Shown: positions 30,466 through 42,979, counted from the first letter of the stretch. The stretch: DNA of 64,000 bases from Prasinococcaceae sp. CCMP 1430 (GCA_013416795.1 RQSC01000001.1:317834-381833); one strand, 5' to 3'. The notes: generated by a model not told the origin, from the sequence alone. A program made the numbers and translations.

Positions 30466-31386
30466 GTGCGCGGTGTGCAGGCGGCGCCGCTGCAGGGCCA
30501 CAGCGCGGGCGCGGGCCTGGCGGCCTGTGCCGCAGCGCTCGCGCCTGCGCGCGGCGCGCGGGCGCTCGACACGGTCGCGCCGTCCGAGGTGCAGGGCGCG
30601 CCGCTCCAGAACAATGGCCCGCCGCCACCCAAGGTCAGCCGGGTGATCCTGTTCTCCTTCCTCTACTCGGGCTCGCTGCTGCTGGGCGCGCTTGCGGTCG
30701 AGCGCGTCGAGTTCTTCCGCAGCTGGTTTCCGGCCATCTTCAAGGCGAACGACATGATGCGCGAGAACAGGGAACAGCGCGAGTCGCCGGCGGAAGAGGC
30801 CGCGCCGATAGATGCGAGTGCGAGCGCTGCCGCGCCCTCGCAGGCGCAGCTCTCCACGCCTACCCCGCCCGCCGCGCCTGCGGAAACGTCCGCGGCGGCA
30901 CAGACATTCCCGAGCGAGCTCTCCGCCGACGAACGCGCCCCGGAGCCGATGGGCGACGAGCGATACGTGGGCGCCGAAGGCGACTTCGAGGCGGCGATTG
31001 CCGCGGAGGTGGCGCGGCAAGAGGCGGCCGAGGCAGCGCAGGCCGAGGCCGCCTCGGCGGCTGAGAGCGAGACCACCCCCACCCCGTCCACCGCCACGAC
31101 GGACGTCGCTGCCGGAGCCGCAGCAGCGGGTGTGGGCGCCGCTGAGGCTGAGTCCAGCGCTGAAGCGGACGCGCAGATCATGGCGGCAGTGGAGGCGGGC
31201 CTGGCGCGCGCGAGCAAGAGGGCGGCATCGGCAGACGCGGCTGCGGCCGCTGCGGCCGAAGCGGCCGCCGATGCTGCGTCGGCGGCGGCCGACGCGAGCG
31301 CCGCAGCGGCTGGCGCGGCCGAGGCCGCCGATGCGGCCGAGGCGGCGGCCGCAGAGACTGGGAGCGCGCCGAAGCCGCCCGAATGA
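30466..31386 (+). CDS. Hypothetical single-pass membrane protein with an Ala/Glu-rich tail (start uncertain)
   Basis: Hydrophobic segment VILFSFLYSGSLLLGALAV, then WFPAIFKANDMMRENR and a low-complexity acidic C-terminus. No in-frame ATG was found at the 5' end. Confidence 0.6.
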   Translation: MRGVQAAPLQGHSAGAGLAACAAALAPARGARALDTVAPSEVQGAPLQNNGPPPPKVSRVILFSFLYSGSLLLGALAVERVEFFRSWFPAIFKANDMMRENREQRESPAEEAAPIDASASAAAPSQAQLSTPTPPAAPAETSAAAQTFPSELSADERAPEPMGDERYVGAEGDFEAAIAAEVARQEAAEAAQAEAASAAESETTPTPSTATTDVAAGAAAAGVGAAEAESSAEADAQIMAAVEAGLARASKRAASADAAAAAAAEAAADAASAAADASAAAAGAAEAADAAEAAAAETGSAPKPPE

Positions 31387-31559
31387 GCTGTAACACGCCT
31401 GTTCGCGCCGCCTCTCTGCGCGCGTCGAGGCGCGCACGGCGCGCTCCCATGTCGTGGCGACTGAAACTAGATTGAGGTACATTTAGTAGGGATGGTGATC
31501 GGGGAAATAGGAGGGTGTACTAGATTGCGCCTATGCTCATCGCGAGGTCCCTGACGCGC

Positions 31560-34500
31560 TCATGTTGCCTGCGCCTGGCAGCCCGTCGAGCCAGGCCAGC
31601 AGTACTCGCCAGTTTGCGCGTTGCGCGCCCCGGGCCCGTAGCCAGGGCGCCCCAGGTAGTACGGCCTGGTCTGCGGATCGATGTACGGGTTGAGCGTGCA
31701 GCGCCTCGTGACCACGCCGTGCATGGACACGGAGCCCTTGCCGTTGGCGCCCATGGCGTTGCGCTCCTGGTTGAAGTGGACCAGCCCGAGAGGCTGCTCC
31801 CCGCAGTCGATGGTGGCCTGATGGGCGTTCTCCGCCCACACCTCGACCATCTTGCCGTGAGGCGAGAGGTTGGAGTTGCCCAGCCCACGGTACACGCCGT
31901 CCTTGAGCACGCAGCGGTCGCGATTGACGTAGTAGCCGAAACCCTTCTGCGTGTCGCGCGTGTCGAAAGACTGGCCGCTGGCGCCGTACAGCCCGCCAGC
32001 CGTTGTCCGGCCGGTGATGCGCCCGTTGCGATACGCCATGCGCGTGCCCGTGTAGCCCTTGTCGTATCCGGTCGCGCCGATGTCGCCGGTGGCATCCACG
32101 CGCATACCCGCCGACTCGGTGCCGTGGCGAGCGCTCGTCGAGTGTTGGTGCTCAGTGGTCGTGCCGTCGAACGAGGTCGAGCCAGGCACGGCCGGATCAC
32201 GATCGCCGCCGTCGGCGCGCTTGTACACGTAGTGCATGCGAGGCTCGTTGAGCGCCGCCTCCAGGCAACGCTGGATGGTGCGGTAGGGACGCCCGGCGGT
32301 CCCCTGGCCCGTCTCGTCTGACCCGCTCGGGCTGACGTATATGTCAGAGTAGAGGAAGTAGATGCAGTCTTTGTTCGGGTGGCCGAGGTTCTCGTTGCCC
32401 GGGTGGCCCGGGAAGGCGCCGTGGCCGAAGTCCATGTTGGTGTCCTGCTTGTACCTGCCGTCGAAAACCGAGTTCGCTGTCTCGTCGAGGTTGTACACGT
32501 TGTGGCCGACCGAGTCTGGCGTGGTGGAGCCGTCGCCGGCACCGTCGTAGGCAGTGGGGTTGACGGCGGCGGAGATGGTAACGATGGGCGCGCGGGTGCA
32601 CATGCCCGTGCCGCGTGCCGACAAGCCGCGGTTGTACTGGTCAACCACGATCTCGTACACGGTACCGCCAGAGAGGATGGCCTTTGCCTGCACGTGACGG
32701 CACGTGTCCTCGCCCAAGTTGACCCCGTCCGCGTCGTAGTCCGCTGGTGCGACCGTGACCGTGGGCACGGTCCTGTACCCCTTGCCAGGGTTGGTGATGT
32801 TGATCGACTTGACCACGTAGCATGGCAATCCATCGCCATCCTCATCTGGGCAGTCCGACAGGATGGCCTCCGCCGTAGCGTCCACTCCAGGCGCGCCGCT
32901 CACCGATGCCGAGGTGAGGTCATTGAAGCCCGTGTGGCTGCCAACGTTGTCGTGCTCCAAGTCTGCGACGCCGAGCCCCAGGTGTGAGTCAGTGCCGTGA
33001 CCTTGGATGGTGCCGAATTGGTGCACCGGCGGATTGTTCGACACGCGGCACTTGTCGAGCTCGGCCTTCGTCTGCCCCGAGATGGACCAGATCCAGTAGC
33101 CGCTCGCGTCGCTGCTGTCCCAGTTACCAACGAAGGGGTTGTTCGGGTTCCCACCGACCGGCAGGCCTGCCACGTCGCCGTACAAGTCTGGATCGGAGAG
33201 CAGGTCGGCGCCCTTCTCAGCGTAGTTGTTCGACACGCGAATGAGGGCCTGGTGGCCAGGTTTGATGGAGCCGTCCATGAAGGCAAGGCCCTTCGCCGGC
33301 AGCAGTGGGCCGCGGCCCTCGGCACTGAGAACGTCCAGCGGGTACAGGTCCTGGCCGTTGGGGGCGCGCGCCTGCTTCTCTACGCTCGAGTAGCGGTAGG
33401 CGAACTCCTCCTCCTCAGTGTAAACTTTGTAGTTCGGAGCGTCGTGCGAGAGCCCCGAGCCCGCCGAGCCGTCGGGAAAGGTTGACTCGGACCGCACGTG
33501 TCCGGAGGCCGCCAGCCCCTCATCCACCGCAAGCTGCGTGCCCGACGACGCGCCTTCCACGTGCATGCCGCTGGGGTCGAGCTCCTCCGCGCCCTTGCCC
33601 TGGTGCGAGTAGTACCCGACCTTGGGCGGATAGTCGCGGTTGCGCTTGTCCCAAATCTCTTCCGAGATCGCCTTCACCCCCGGCGGCTGGGGCACGATCG
33701 TCACCACCGGCCGTTCGCTGTAGTACTTGCCACCGTAGGTCACGACGATTCGCACAACTTCTCCGTTCTCCAGGACGGTGTGCGCGCGCGCGTGAATGCC
33801 GGGGGACACGCTGCGTGTGTCCCCGCTCATGAACGCGGCCGTGCCGCCGCTCACGTCGCCCTGGTAGAAGCAGCTGTAGCCACCACTCGCGCAAGAGAAT
33901 ACCACCCCCGGTGGAAAGAGGTAGCCGCTCCCGTTGTCGTCGACCTGCACAGTCGAGACGACGTACTCGCTGTGGTCGTCGTCGAGCAGCGTGCCGCTCT
34001 GGTCGCCGTCGACGAAGCGGTGGCCGCCCTCCGACATGATCGCGGTCGCCGCCGCGCCCGCGCCGGCGCGAAAGTTCTTACCGCCGTAGTGCACGGTGAC
34101 GCCCGTGATGCAGCCCTCGCCCTCGCCCACACGCTGGCATTCGGAGGCTGTGCCGATGGTCGCAGTCGCGTTTACACAGCAACCGCCGCCGCCAATGAAC
34201 ACGATCTTCGGCGGAGTCGTGTACCCGGACCCGCCGTTCACGACCGTCACGCTTTCGACGTTGCTCTGGTTGCCAAGCACCGCCGTCAGCTGGGCGCAGC
34301 AGCCCCCGCGAGGGTAGTACTGCACCGTTTGCGACGCGGGCCCGTACACGGGCGACGTGCAGATGATCTCCGTTGAGGAAATGTAGCGCACCTTGCCGCC
34401 GGGCTCGCCCACGATGTGCGAGTCGTCCCAGTCGTCGTAGGAGCCGCCCGAGTACGTGTTGCTGTTGTGATATCCGTCGCCGCCCGAAGTGTGTCCGCCG

Positions 34501-35707
34501 AAGCGGCAGCTGAGGTACTTGCTCGGAAGGAAGTTCGTCCCGATCACCGTCACCTCGGTGTTTCCCATGAACGGCCCGCGCGCAGGCCACACGGAATGCT
34601 GGTTCGACTTGATGTTCGTCACCGTGGGGCGCGGGTCGGCGTACGTGAAAGTCACGTGCGTGTCCGCCAGCTCGTCGAACGTCTGCATGTTGTTCGACAC
34701 GCGGATTTTGCACACCGTCTCAGGAATCGAGTCGAGGCCCGTGGCCTTCGGCGGCGTCATGAAGGGCGACACGCACATGATGCGAGTGTAGTCGATCCAG
34801 CGCGCGTGCACCCACTCAGAGGTCTGCATGATCGTCGCCGTGTCGGAGTCCACGTCGTGGTCGATCTCGCACTCGAACTGGCACTTGAGGAAGACGTGAG
34901 GATAGAACGTCCCCGTGATCGGCGGGCCGTTGGCCTCAGAGGTCGGGTCGACGCTGAACGGGTGCGGCGCGCCCGGCCCGCCCGTGGGCGTGCTGTAGCG
35001 CTGTATGGAACCAACGCCGCCGTAGAGCGTCGCCTGCTGTTGGTTGGCGCCGCGCGCGCCTGGGCCGCTCGCGCCGCCGTCGTTGGAGAGCGCGATGGAG
35101 CTGATCGTCACCTCCGTGCCACCTATGTATGGCCCGGTGGCGTTGTCGACGCGCCAGACCTCGTTCACGAAGGACGGGTTCATGCCCGAGGCGCCCTGCA
35201 GGCAGTCGAGGCAGCCAGGCGCCGAGTTGTCGTAGATGAACTTGAGGAACGTGCCCGAGCCCTTGGTGTACACCAGGGGGTAGCCCGAGAAGGTCACGCC
35301 GTCGTTCGAGGCCGTCACATGCGCGGTGTGCACGCTATCGCGCTCGGGGCTGATGCAGCGGATCTCCGACTCGGAGACGAAGGTGGCGTCCACCTCGTCG
35401 AACTCATTCTCGATGGCAAAGCGGACCTTGAGGTACTTTGACCTTTTGAAGCGGCTGCCATAGATGGTCACCTCCGTGCCGCCCTTGACATGCCCCTTGG
35501 GCGGAGTCAGCCACGTGACCTTAGGCGGATCCGCCAGGTCCTCGTCCGCCCCGAAGAACGAGTCCGAGTCGGCCAGCGCGTGCGCAGTGCGCGCCGGCAG
35601 CAGCAGCGCGGTCGCTGCGGTCGCGTACGCGAGCGCGGCGAGCGCGCGCGGCGCCACCTCCCCACCCCACCCTCCCCCTCCCCCCGCGCGGGCCCGCTCG
35701 CGCCCAT
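31560..35707 (-). CDS. Large secreted mosaic protein: IPT/TIG domains, six phage-like GSGY repeats and a DUF1565/beta-helix-type C-terminal module
   Basis: Signal-like ALAALAYATAATALLLPARTAHA. IPT motifs PKVTWLTPPKGHVKGGTEVTIYG...IRCISP and GPFMGNTEVTVIGTNF...IICTSP. Repeats such as VTVVNGGSGYTTPPKIVF. C-terminal IYVSPSGSD...PYRTIQRCL. The nearest ATG (35707) is out of frame across G runs, suggesting a homopolymer indel. Confidence 0.8.
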
Positions 35708-36311
35708 CAACGCGCAGGCGCGCGCGCGCGCAGACAGGTGGCGGGCCGCCGCGCACGCCTTTTCATATGGATTCCATTTTTAACACAAACAAAATGACAT
35801 ACGGAACTTTTTTATATCATCGTATACATAAAGTGATTCCTTCATGCCTGTTCCATTCGGCCATTCTCATGGAATCCATTCGGGGTCGTTTTTTTTTTTT
35901 TCGCCCTCGATTCCGGCCGTTGGGCGGGCGCGCGCGCCCCGCCGGGGCATCAAAAAGTGCATTCTCAAATGCATTCTGATAATGGGCGTATTTGGATCTT
36001 TGTTTTTTTTTTTAATCCGTTGAAAAGGGGGCGCGGCGGTGCGCCTTTTGACGTGCCTGGCGCATTTTGCGGGGCGAAGGAAAAAAAAGGTCGAGGGGAG
36101 GCTGCGATGCAAGCGCAGGGTGTCGAATGAAAGAGTGAGTGTTATAAGACCACGGGAGACTATGTTGTCGTTTGGGCGTTTTTGACGTGTGCTCGATTGG
36201 GCACGCGGCGCACCACAGCGCGCGCGCGGCGACGCCGCCTCCCCTCCCCCCCCACACACACACACGCCTTCCGCCCTCCCGCGCCCCCGCGCGCTGCGCG
36301 GCGCGGCTGCG

Positions 36312-37690
36312 ATGGCGGACGCCGCGACGGACGTGCACTCTTACACGGGGTACAACAAGTACCAGAACCAGTCCACGCTGGTGGGCAACTGGGTGGAGGA
36401 GCGCGCCCTCAAGGCGGCGACGGGCACGCACCGCTACAAGGTGCGGCGCCGCCGCTGGCGTTTGGCGGGGAGGGTGCGAGGGCAGGGTGGGGGTCTCCGC
36501 GCGCGCGCGCGGGTCAGCGCGAGCGTCAGCGTAAGTACCCTCGCCGGCATCAGCGTCGCACGCGCGAAAAGGGGAAGAAGAGGTTGGCCCATAGCAGCAC
36601 GCGGGCTGTGCCGCGGGCTGAGGCTGCGCCGCGTGGGCACGCACGGTTTGGGGGGTCGCGCGCATCTGCCGCCCTATCTCTATCTCACGTCCCCGTGCTG
36701 ACGTCCGTCGCTGCTCGCCTCTCTCGTCCATCGCCCCTCAGGCATGGGTGGACACCTCGCTCGAGGTCACGCTGTATCCGAAGGAGACACATCGTGACGG
36801 AGACTCGACGGCGGCGCGAGTGATGGTGAACGCCGACGCGCTGCCGCCGACGGCCTACGTGACACACATGCAAGAGGCGTACAGCGACCCCAGCAAGCAC
36901 AGCGAATACCTGCCTGCGGGGCCCGCCGCCGGCAAGCGCACCGCCGCAAAGCTCGCGGCGATGATGCGCCAGGCGTCCGCTGAGCCGGAGGCAGAGGAGA
37001 GGAAGGTGGGTGAAAAGTCACAAATCGGGATCGCCTCGCCGCGACCTGTGTGCACAGGAGTGGGCGCGCGGGATCGCGCCGATCGCGCGCGCCGAGCGCA
37101 TTTCTGCGCGCTGCGTGCATGGACGCGTGTGACCGCGCGCGCGTGCATCCTGTCCGCGTGCCACGCCCCTGACACGCCCTGCGGTGCTCCGTTCGCAGAT
37201 GGATTTCACCACCACATCCCGCGCAGCGTATGTCCCAAAGCCCATGACGGGCCCGCTGGGTAGGCGCGTAATGAAGACACAGGATGGCGTCGAGTTGCCG
37301 CCGGAGGCCGCGGACAGGCTGCTGCAGAAGGTGCGGGCGCCCTTGCGTGGCTTGCGTCGCTCTCGCCTCCCCACGTTTGCCTCACACTGCGGTCACGTGC
37401 CCGGCCTGACACTGCGCCCCGCAACCAATCCCTACGCGCCTCTATAGGAGCTGGGCATAGTGTCCGCAGGCCTCTGCGGGCGCCTCGAGGGCGCCGCGGA
37501 TGTCAAGGCCGCTGCGGACGCCGTGAATACCGACCTCTCGGGCGTGCCGTGCACCATCTACAGCGACGGCATCAAGCCGGGCGTTTTCCCCATGAGCGAT
37601 CCCGAGCACAGCGCCAACCCCTTTGCGCGAACCAGCGTCTTCTCCAAGCCCATGACGGATCCCATGAAGATTACCGAGGACTGCATGTGA
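36312..37690 (+). CDS. Ciliary microtubule inner protein of the GNW-motif family (SPAG8/FAP143-like), 4 exons
   Basis: Exons 36312-36440, 36742-37005, 37199-37330 and 37448-37690, all joined by phase-0 GT..AG introns. N-terminal STLVGNWVEERAL and C-terminal NPFARTSVFSKPM. Confidence 0.65.
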
Positions 37691-37993
37691 TGAGCCGGTC
37701 CCACTCGTACATAATCTACTAAACTAGCACAACGAGGTGGGTCGGACGCAGTTGCGCGGGCGCGCGCGCGCGCGCTCGCGTGCCGATCTGCGCTCGCGCG
37801 TGCCGCCGACACCCGTGCACTCGCGCGAGGCCGCATGGACGTGCAGAGACGCGCGCGTGCGGCCGGTGACACGCGCGCGCCCCAGCACTCGAGCCTGCGC
37901 ACGAGCGGCCTCGCGCGTGTGTGCGGCGCACGCCTTTCGGCGGGAAGTGGTGCCGCCTAACTACGCCATGTTATTGTGTGCTCCCACTATTAA

Positions 37994-38620
37994 TCACATG
38001 CGCTGCAGCACGTAGAGGTTGCCCTTGTCGTCTCGGCCGAGGCGCGTGTCGTCGTCGACGTAGGTGATGTCCAGCCACCCCTCGGGGTTGAAAACCTGCA
38101 GAAGCAGGTCCATGTTGGCGCCCAGCAGACGCTCGAGCGCCTCCGGCTCCAGCCGCGACTCCTCGTACGTGATGTTCACGCGCGAGTTGCTGCCGCTGCC
38201 GCTCTCGTCCTCCGCCTGGGAGTACGCAGCTGAGACGGTGAGCGTTCCGCTTGCGGCCGCGCCGAGCCCGGCGAGCGAGAAGTGGACGACGTTGGCGGCG
38301 CGGCGCTCCTCCGTGTCGATCGACTGCACGAGCGAGTCGATCGTCACCACGCCGCCGCGCAGCCCAAGTTTGGTGCGCTTGGATCCAAGGATTTTCACGG
38401 TGGAGTAGAGCACGGCCCAGTCCCCGGCGACGTGCTGGGCGAGCGCCTCCTCCGCAGCGGGCGCCTCCACGAACGCGCACGCCTCGAGTGCCTCGGCTGC
38501 AGCTGCGATAGCGTCGCGCTCGTCGGGTTTGCAGCCAAAGATGCCGAAGGTTTCTACGCGCGCCACGGCCGCCAGGAGCGCCTCCTTCGCCTCCACCGCC
38601 CCCGCCGGCGGCGCCGCCGC
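37994..38620 (-). CDS. FBN: PAP/fibrillin-domain (plastid lipid-associated) protein; 5' end missing or overlapped by XRN
   Basis: EAKEALLAAV...RDAIAAAAEALEA...VAGDWAVLYST and GWLDITYVDDDTRLGRDDKGNLYVLQR. Confidence 0.85.
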   Translation of the reverse strand, partial: AAAPPAGAVEAKEALLAAVARVETFGIFGCKPDERDAIAAAAEALEACAFVEAPAAEEALAQHVAGDWAVLYSTVKILGSKRTKLGLRGGVVTIDSLVQSIDTEERRAANVVHFSLAGLGAAASGTLTVSAAYSQAEDESGSGSNSRVNITYEESRLEPEALERLLGANMDLLLQVFNPEGWLDITYVDDDTRLGRDDKGNLYVLQRM

Positions 38621-41600
38621 GCCCGCCGCCCTCGTGCCATAGCGGCTTGGGCCTGGCCAGGTCATACTCACGCACGGTGGGCTCGTTCAGGACAGCACCC
38701 TCAAGCAGGTGGCACACGTGCTTCTGCTTGGGCGGGTCGACGTACACGACGCCCATGGTCTTGTTGCTACCGATGTCAGGCATGCCCCCAACTGGAGAGC
38801 GCATGCTGGCGGGCATCGCCTCTGAGGCCGCCGTCAGGCGCAGGAAGCCGTTCATGCCCTCCGATTCGGAGGGATCGATGATCTCCTGGGCAGCCGCACG
38901 CTCGGCTCCCTCAAGGTGGCCGTGGCGATCATACAGCCGCTCGATCGTCTTCGCCAGCGGGTGCTGCGACGAGATGTACATCACGTCGGTGAGGTTGGAG
39001 TTGCGGCGAGTCTCCTCGGGGCCGAGGGTGTCGTGCACGGGCTTGGTGGCCTCCAACAGGCGCTTCTCATCGATGAAGGGAAGGAGCGCCACGCCCTGCC
39101 ATGCGAAGCGCTTGCCATTCATGTCTACCTTGAACTCGGTGGGGTAGAAGTCGATGATCGGTGAGGTGGGCTCGCTCATCAGCTCGCGGTACGGCTCCGG
39201 GAGACAGTGGGAGCTCGCCGCCGGGAGCACTCCCATGAGCTGATCGAAGGGGCGGAACGGCGTGCCCAGGCTGAACGATATGTCCAATTTGCCACAGTCG
39301 GCCAGGTCCGAGGCGAACGGCGCGTAGTGGTAAGGGAAGTACCACGTCCAGCTCACGCAGCCTTCGTAGTAGTACTTGAGGGTCCAGCAAAGCCCCTCGA
39401 CGTACGTCCTGACCACGTCCTCGCGCACGTCCATCGTGCCGAACTTCACATTGTAGTACCGCTCCCTCCAACCCTGCTGGTCGAGTTGGATCTCGTCCGT
39501 GATGCTGTCGATCATGTCCGTGCGGTCCTTGTTGCGCTTCGACAGGCGCTCCTTGAATTCGGCCTCGGCCTTGGCGTCGAGCTCGCGCTCGCGCTCCGAC
39601 TTCTTGCCCGCCGCCGCCTCAGGTTGGACGAGCAGCGCGTCCATGTCGGCATTCGTCGCCGGCTTCTTCTCCTGGGCATCCTCGGCGTCGGCCCCTGGGG
39701 CCCCCTCCTTCCCCTTGCTCTTCTTCTTCTTGCCGCCAGACTCGGGGGCACGCACGAACGCGCCGACCTCCGCTTCCTCATCCTTCGCACTGCCCCCCTC
39801 GACCTTGGCGCGCTTGGCCTCGGCCTCGGCCTCGCTCGTCTGGGCGGGCCGCTTCTTAAGCGAGGCGGCCTTGCGCATCGCCTCGCGGAGCCTCTCCGCG
39901 GCGCTCTGATTCTTAGACTGCGGTGGCGGCGGTGGCGCCGCTGCCATAGCCGCCTCGGCCGAGGGCGCCCCCGGACGTTTGAGGCCGCCTGCCCGGCCGG
40001 GAACGCTGTACTGCTTCATCTCGTCCGGTCTCCCGCGCCCCGCCCTAGCGACGAACGCCGCCGGCGGCGCCACGTTCATGTCGGTGAGATCCGACCTGTC
40101 GCGCATCTTCTCGTGGCGGCGACGCTCGCGCTGGCGCGCGGCGATGCGGGAGCGCTTCGAAAAGATTTGCTCCTCGTACTGGCCGATGATGCCCATGAAC
40201 TTCGCCACACGCTCGAGGCTTGCGTCGCCCCCTTCGCACAGGTAGCCCCCGAGCTCGGGAAGCACGCGTTTGTAGGTGGTCATGAGCAGTTCAATAGCGC
40301 CCTCGCGAATCTCGAGGGTGGGCATGTGCGGCAGGAAGTCGTTGCCACAGAAGAAACACATGAAGACGAAGTCGTCGATCAGCCGCTCTTTGTCATCCTC
40401 AAAGGGCAGGTCTGGGACGTGCAGCTCCAGCTGCAGGTACTCGCGCAGAGTTTGCAACACCACGATCTGGTACGGCTTCTGCTCGAATTGCTTCGCAGCC
40501 GCCTGCGCGCATCGCAGCGAGGGTAGGCGCCGAGCGTCAGCGGGCGGCACCGCCATGCGCTCGCACGCCGCTTTTTGGAACGCCGTCCGGCAGCACGCGC
40601 CGCCGAAGGGGTGTAGGCTACTGAGAAACACAGCGGGCGGGCTAGGAGCCACCTGCTGCGATTATAGATAGCCGCGACCAAGAGGTCGCGTCGTTGCTAT
40701 CCCCGGGGCACATCACTCGAGGGCCAATCGCACACCAAGTGGCGTGCGTAGATATCCCTCGAGTTTAAAATATCCGGGCTGAGGCGTTCGGGCGAGGCAG
40801 CAGGCACCGCGGCGGGCAGCACGCACCTCCGCCTCAAGGTCAGTCTTCTGCTTGTTTGCAGCCAGCAGCTTCTCCTCGACATTCTGTTTGGCATTCTTGA
40901 TGAACACGATCTCACGCAGGATGTGGAAGTGCGCCTCGTGCGTCGCCAAGCCCAGCATGATCAGGTCAGCGTCCAGGCCATACAGCACGTGCTTGGTGTT
41001 GGGGTCGTGGCCCGGCAGCCCGCGCTGCCTGCGCACGTAGTCCATGATCTTGTGCTCGCCCTCGCCCGGCACGTTGGCGTCGGAGAGGATCACCTGCGCG
41101 GCGGGCCAGTGAGCGTGCGCGCGTGCGTCAGCGCGTGCATGGGCGCCCCGCGCAGGGGCAGCGCGGCGGGGCCCGCAATGCTCGCGGCCGTGGCGCGCTT
41201 TGTCGATACCAGGCGCGTGATGTCGGCAACGAGCGAAATCTCGCAGACACGGGTGCTCCGCGAAATATTAAGCGCTGTCTTTCTGCTCTCCCCAGCACCT
41301 ATCACCCTCGGGGCCAAATGGCGCCGACCGTGGCCGGCGCGTCGATGCCCCAGAGCGTAGCTAATTGGCCGGGGCCGCGCGCGCAGTCGCTCGCTCGCAC
41401 GTGCGCCGCCACACGCGGCGCGGCGCTCGCGGGCGGCCTCTCACCTTAACGTTCTTCCACGCCGGGTTGGTGTTGAGCCGCACGTGCACGTAGTACGCCA
41501 GTGCCGCGCTGAGTTTGGCCATGAAGGGTGTGCCTGGCGTGATGACGTTGGAGTCGAAGGCCTCGGTGGCGGGCTTCTCAGGCACCTCCATCCCCGCGCG

Positions 41601-42020
41601 CCTGAACTCCTCGCGCAGTTTAGCCTCTTCCTCCTTGGCCTCCTTGGCGTCCTGCACCGCGCGGAAGCGGCGCGAGCGCTGCTGGTTCATCTTGGCGCGC
41701 GGTGCGACGCCGTCGATCGCCATGTAGAGCACCTTGCGCGGGCGGATCATGTTGAAGAGGCGGTCGATGTAATCGAAGATGCACTCGAAGACCTCGTCCA
41801 CGGTCGTCGGTGCCGGTCGGTCCTCCGGGTGGAAACACGGGTGGATGATGCCGTTCATGTCGAGGTAGAGGTTGTCGAACTCGATGCCGTTCGGGTTGGG
41901 CGCCGTCGCGTCGATCGGCGCGAGCACGCCGTCGACCTCGACCTGCGACTGCTCGACCACATCGAGGATGATCTTGGGGTACTTGTCGCTCAGCCAGCGG
42001 TAGAACGCCGGCACCCCCAT
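38600..42020 (-). CDS. XRN: 5'-3' exoribonuclease of the XRN2/XRN3/XRN4 family, 3 exons; 3' end runs into the fibrillin ORF
   Basis: Exon 42020-41445 has [10 protein letters not shown]...[11 protein letters not shown]...[19 protein letters not shown]. Exon 41093-40827 has [15 protein letters not shown]...[12 protein letters not shown]. The exon from 40502 has [16 protein letters not shown] and [14 protein letters not shown]. Recognisable similarity ends at LWHEG (~38631); the in-frame stop is only at 37971. Confidence 0.93.
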
Positions 42021-42979
42021 CGCCCCCTCCCCTCTTCCCCCCGGCCAGACGCCCTGCCCTCACGCACAGCGGCGCTCTCCGGCGCTCCCGCCCCGGGCGG
42101 CGGGCCTCGCCGCCTGCGGCGGGCGCTCGCTGGCAACCCGCGGCGGAGGCGGCGGAGGCGGCGGCGGAGGCGGAGGCGGCGGCGCGGTGACGCACGCGGG
42201 CGGGCGAGGGGATACGCATCGCCGCGCACTTTCCCCTCTTCTCCCCTTATCCCCCACCCCTTCCTCTCTGTGCTCTCTCTCGCGGGCGCGAGCGCGAGCG
42301 CAGGCGCGAGGGAGGGAGGGGTGGCTAGCACGACGTGCGTTTGAGGGCGCGGGCGGGCGAGGCTGCTTGCGGGTGGGCGTGGGGCTGGGGCCGAGCGTGG
42401 GCGCGATGGAGGCGTGCACGGGAATCGCGCGGGTGGGGACGGCGGCGCGGCCCGCGGCGGCGGCCACGCGTGGAAGGATCCGGGCAGCGGCCGCGGCTGC
42501 GCCTCGCCCCGCCTCGCGCGCGCGGGCCGCTCCATCGATCGATGGGAGGCGCACGCGCGCGCACCCGGCCGGCCGAGGGCCCCATCCGCAACGGCGGAAC
42601 TCGAATTCGACGACCCGCGCAACTCGCGGAAGGCACGTGGCGCAAACGGAAACGGAAAATTGGCGCGGCGCCGCAAAACACGCCGGAGCGAACAATCCGA
42701 TACGCACCGCTGCGGTTCCGGCAAAACTTCCAGGCAGCCAGCCAGACAGCCAGACCGGCAGGCAGGCAGGCAAAAATCGACGCTCGGGGCAAGAAGCAAG
42801 TCCAGCCAGCCGGTGCCAACTTGACCAGCCGATTGATGCACGCACGCGGATCCATAGTGAAAAAATGCCCCCGAAACAAATCCACGCGGCTATTTCGTCA
42901 ACAGCGGCTGGTGTGCGCGTGCCACTCGATTTGATACGAAATCAGCGAGCGAGCGAGCGGCTCGCGGCCACGTCGGAAC

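Noticed and set aside
37971-38600. C-terminal ~210 aa of the 893-aa XRN ORF
   Set aside because: Off-frame read-through over the fibrillin coding sequence with no XRN-like features.
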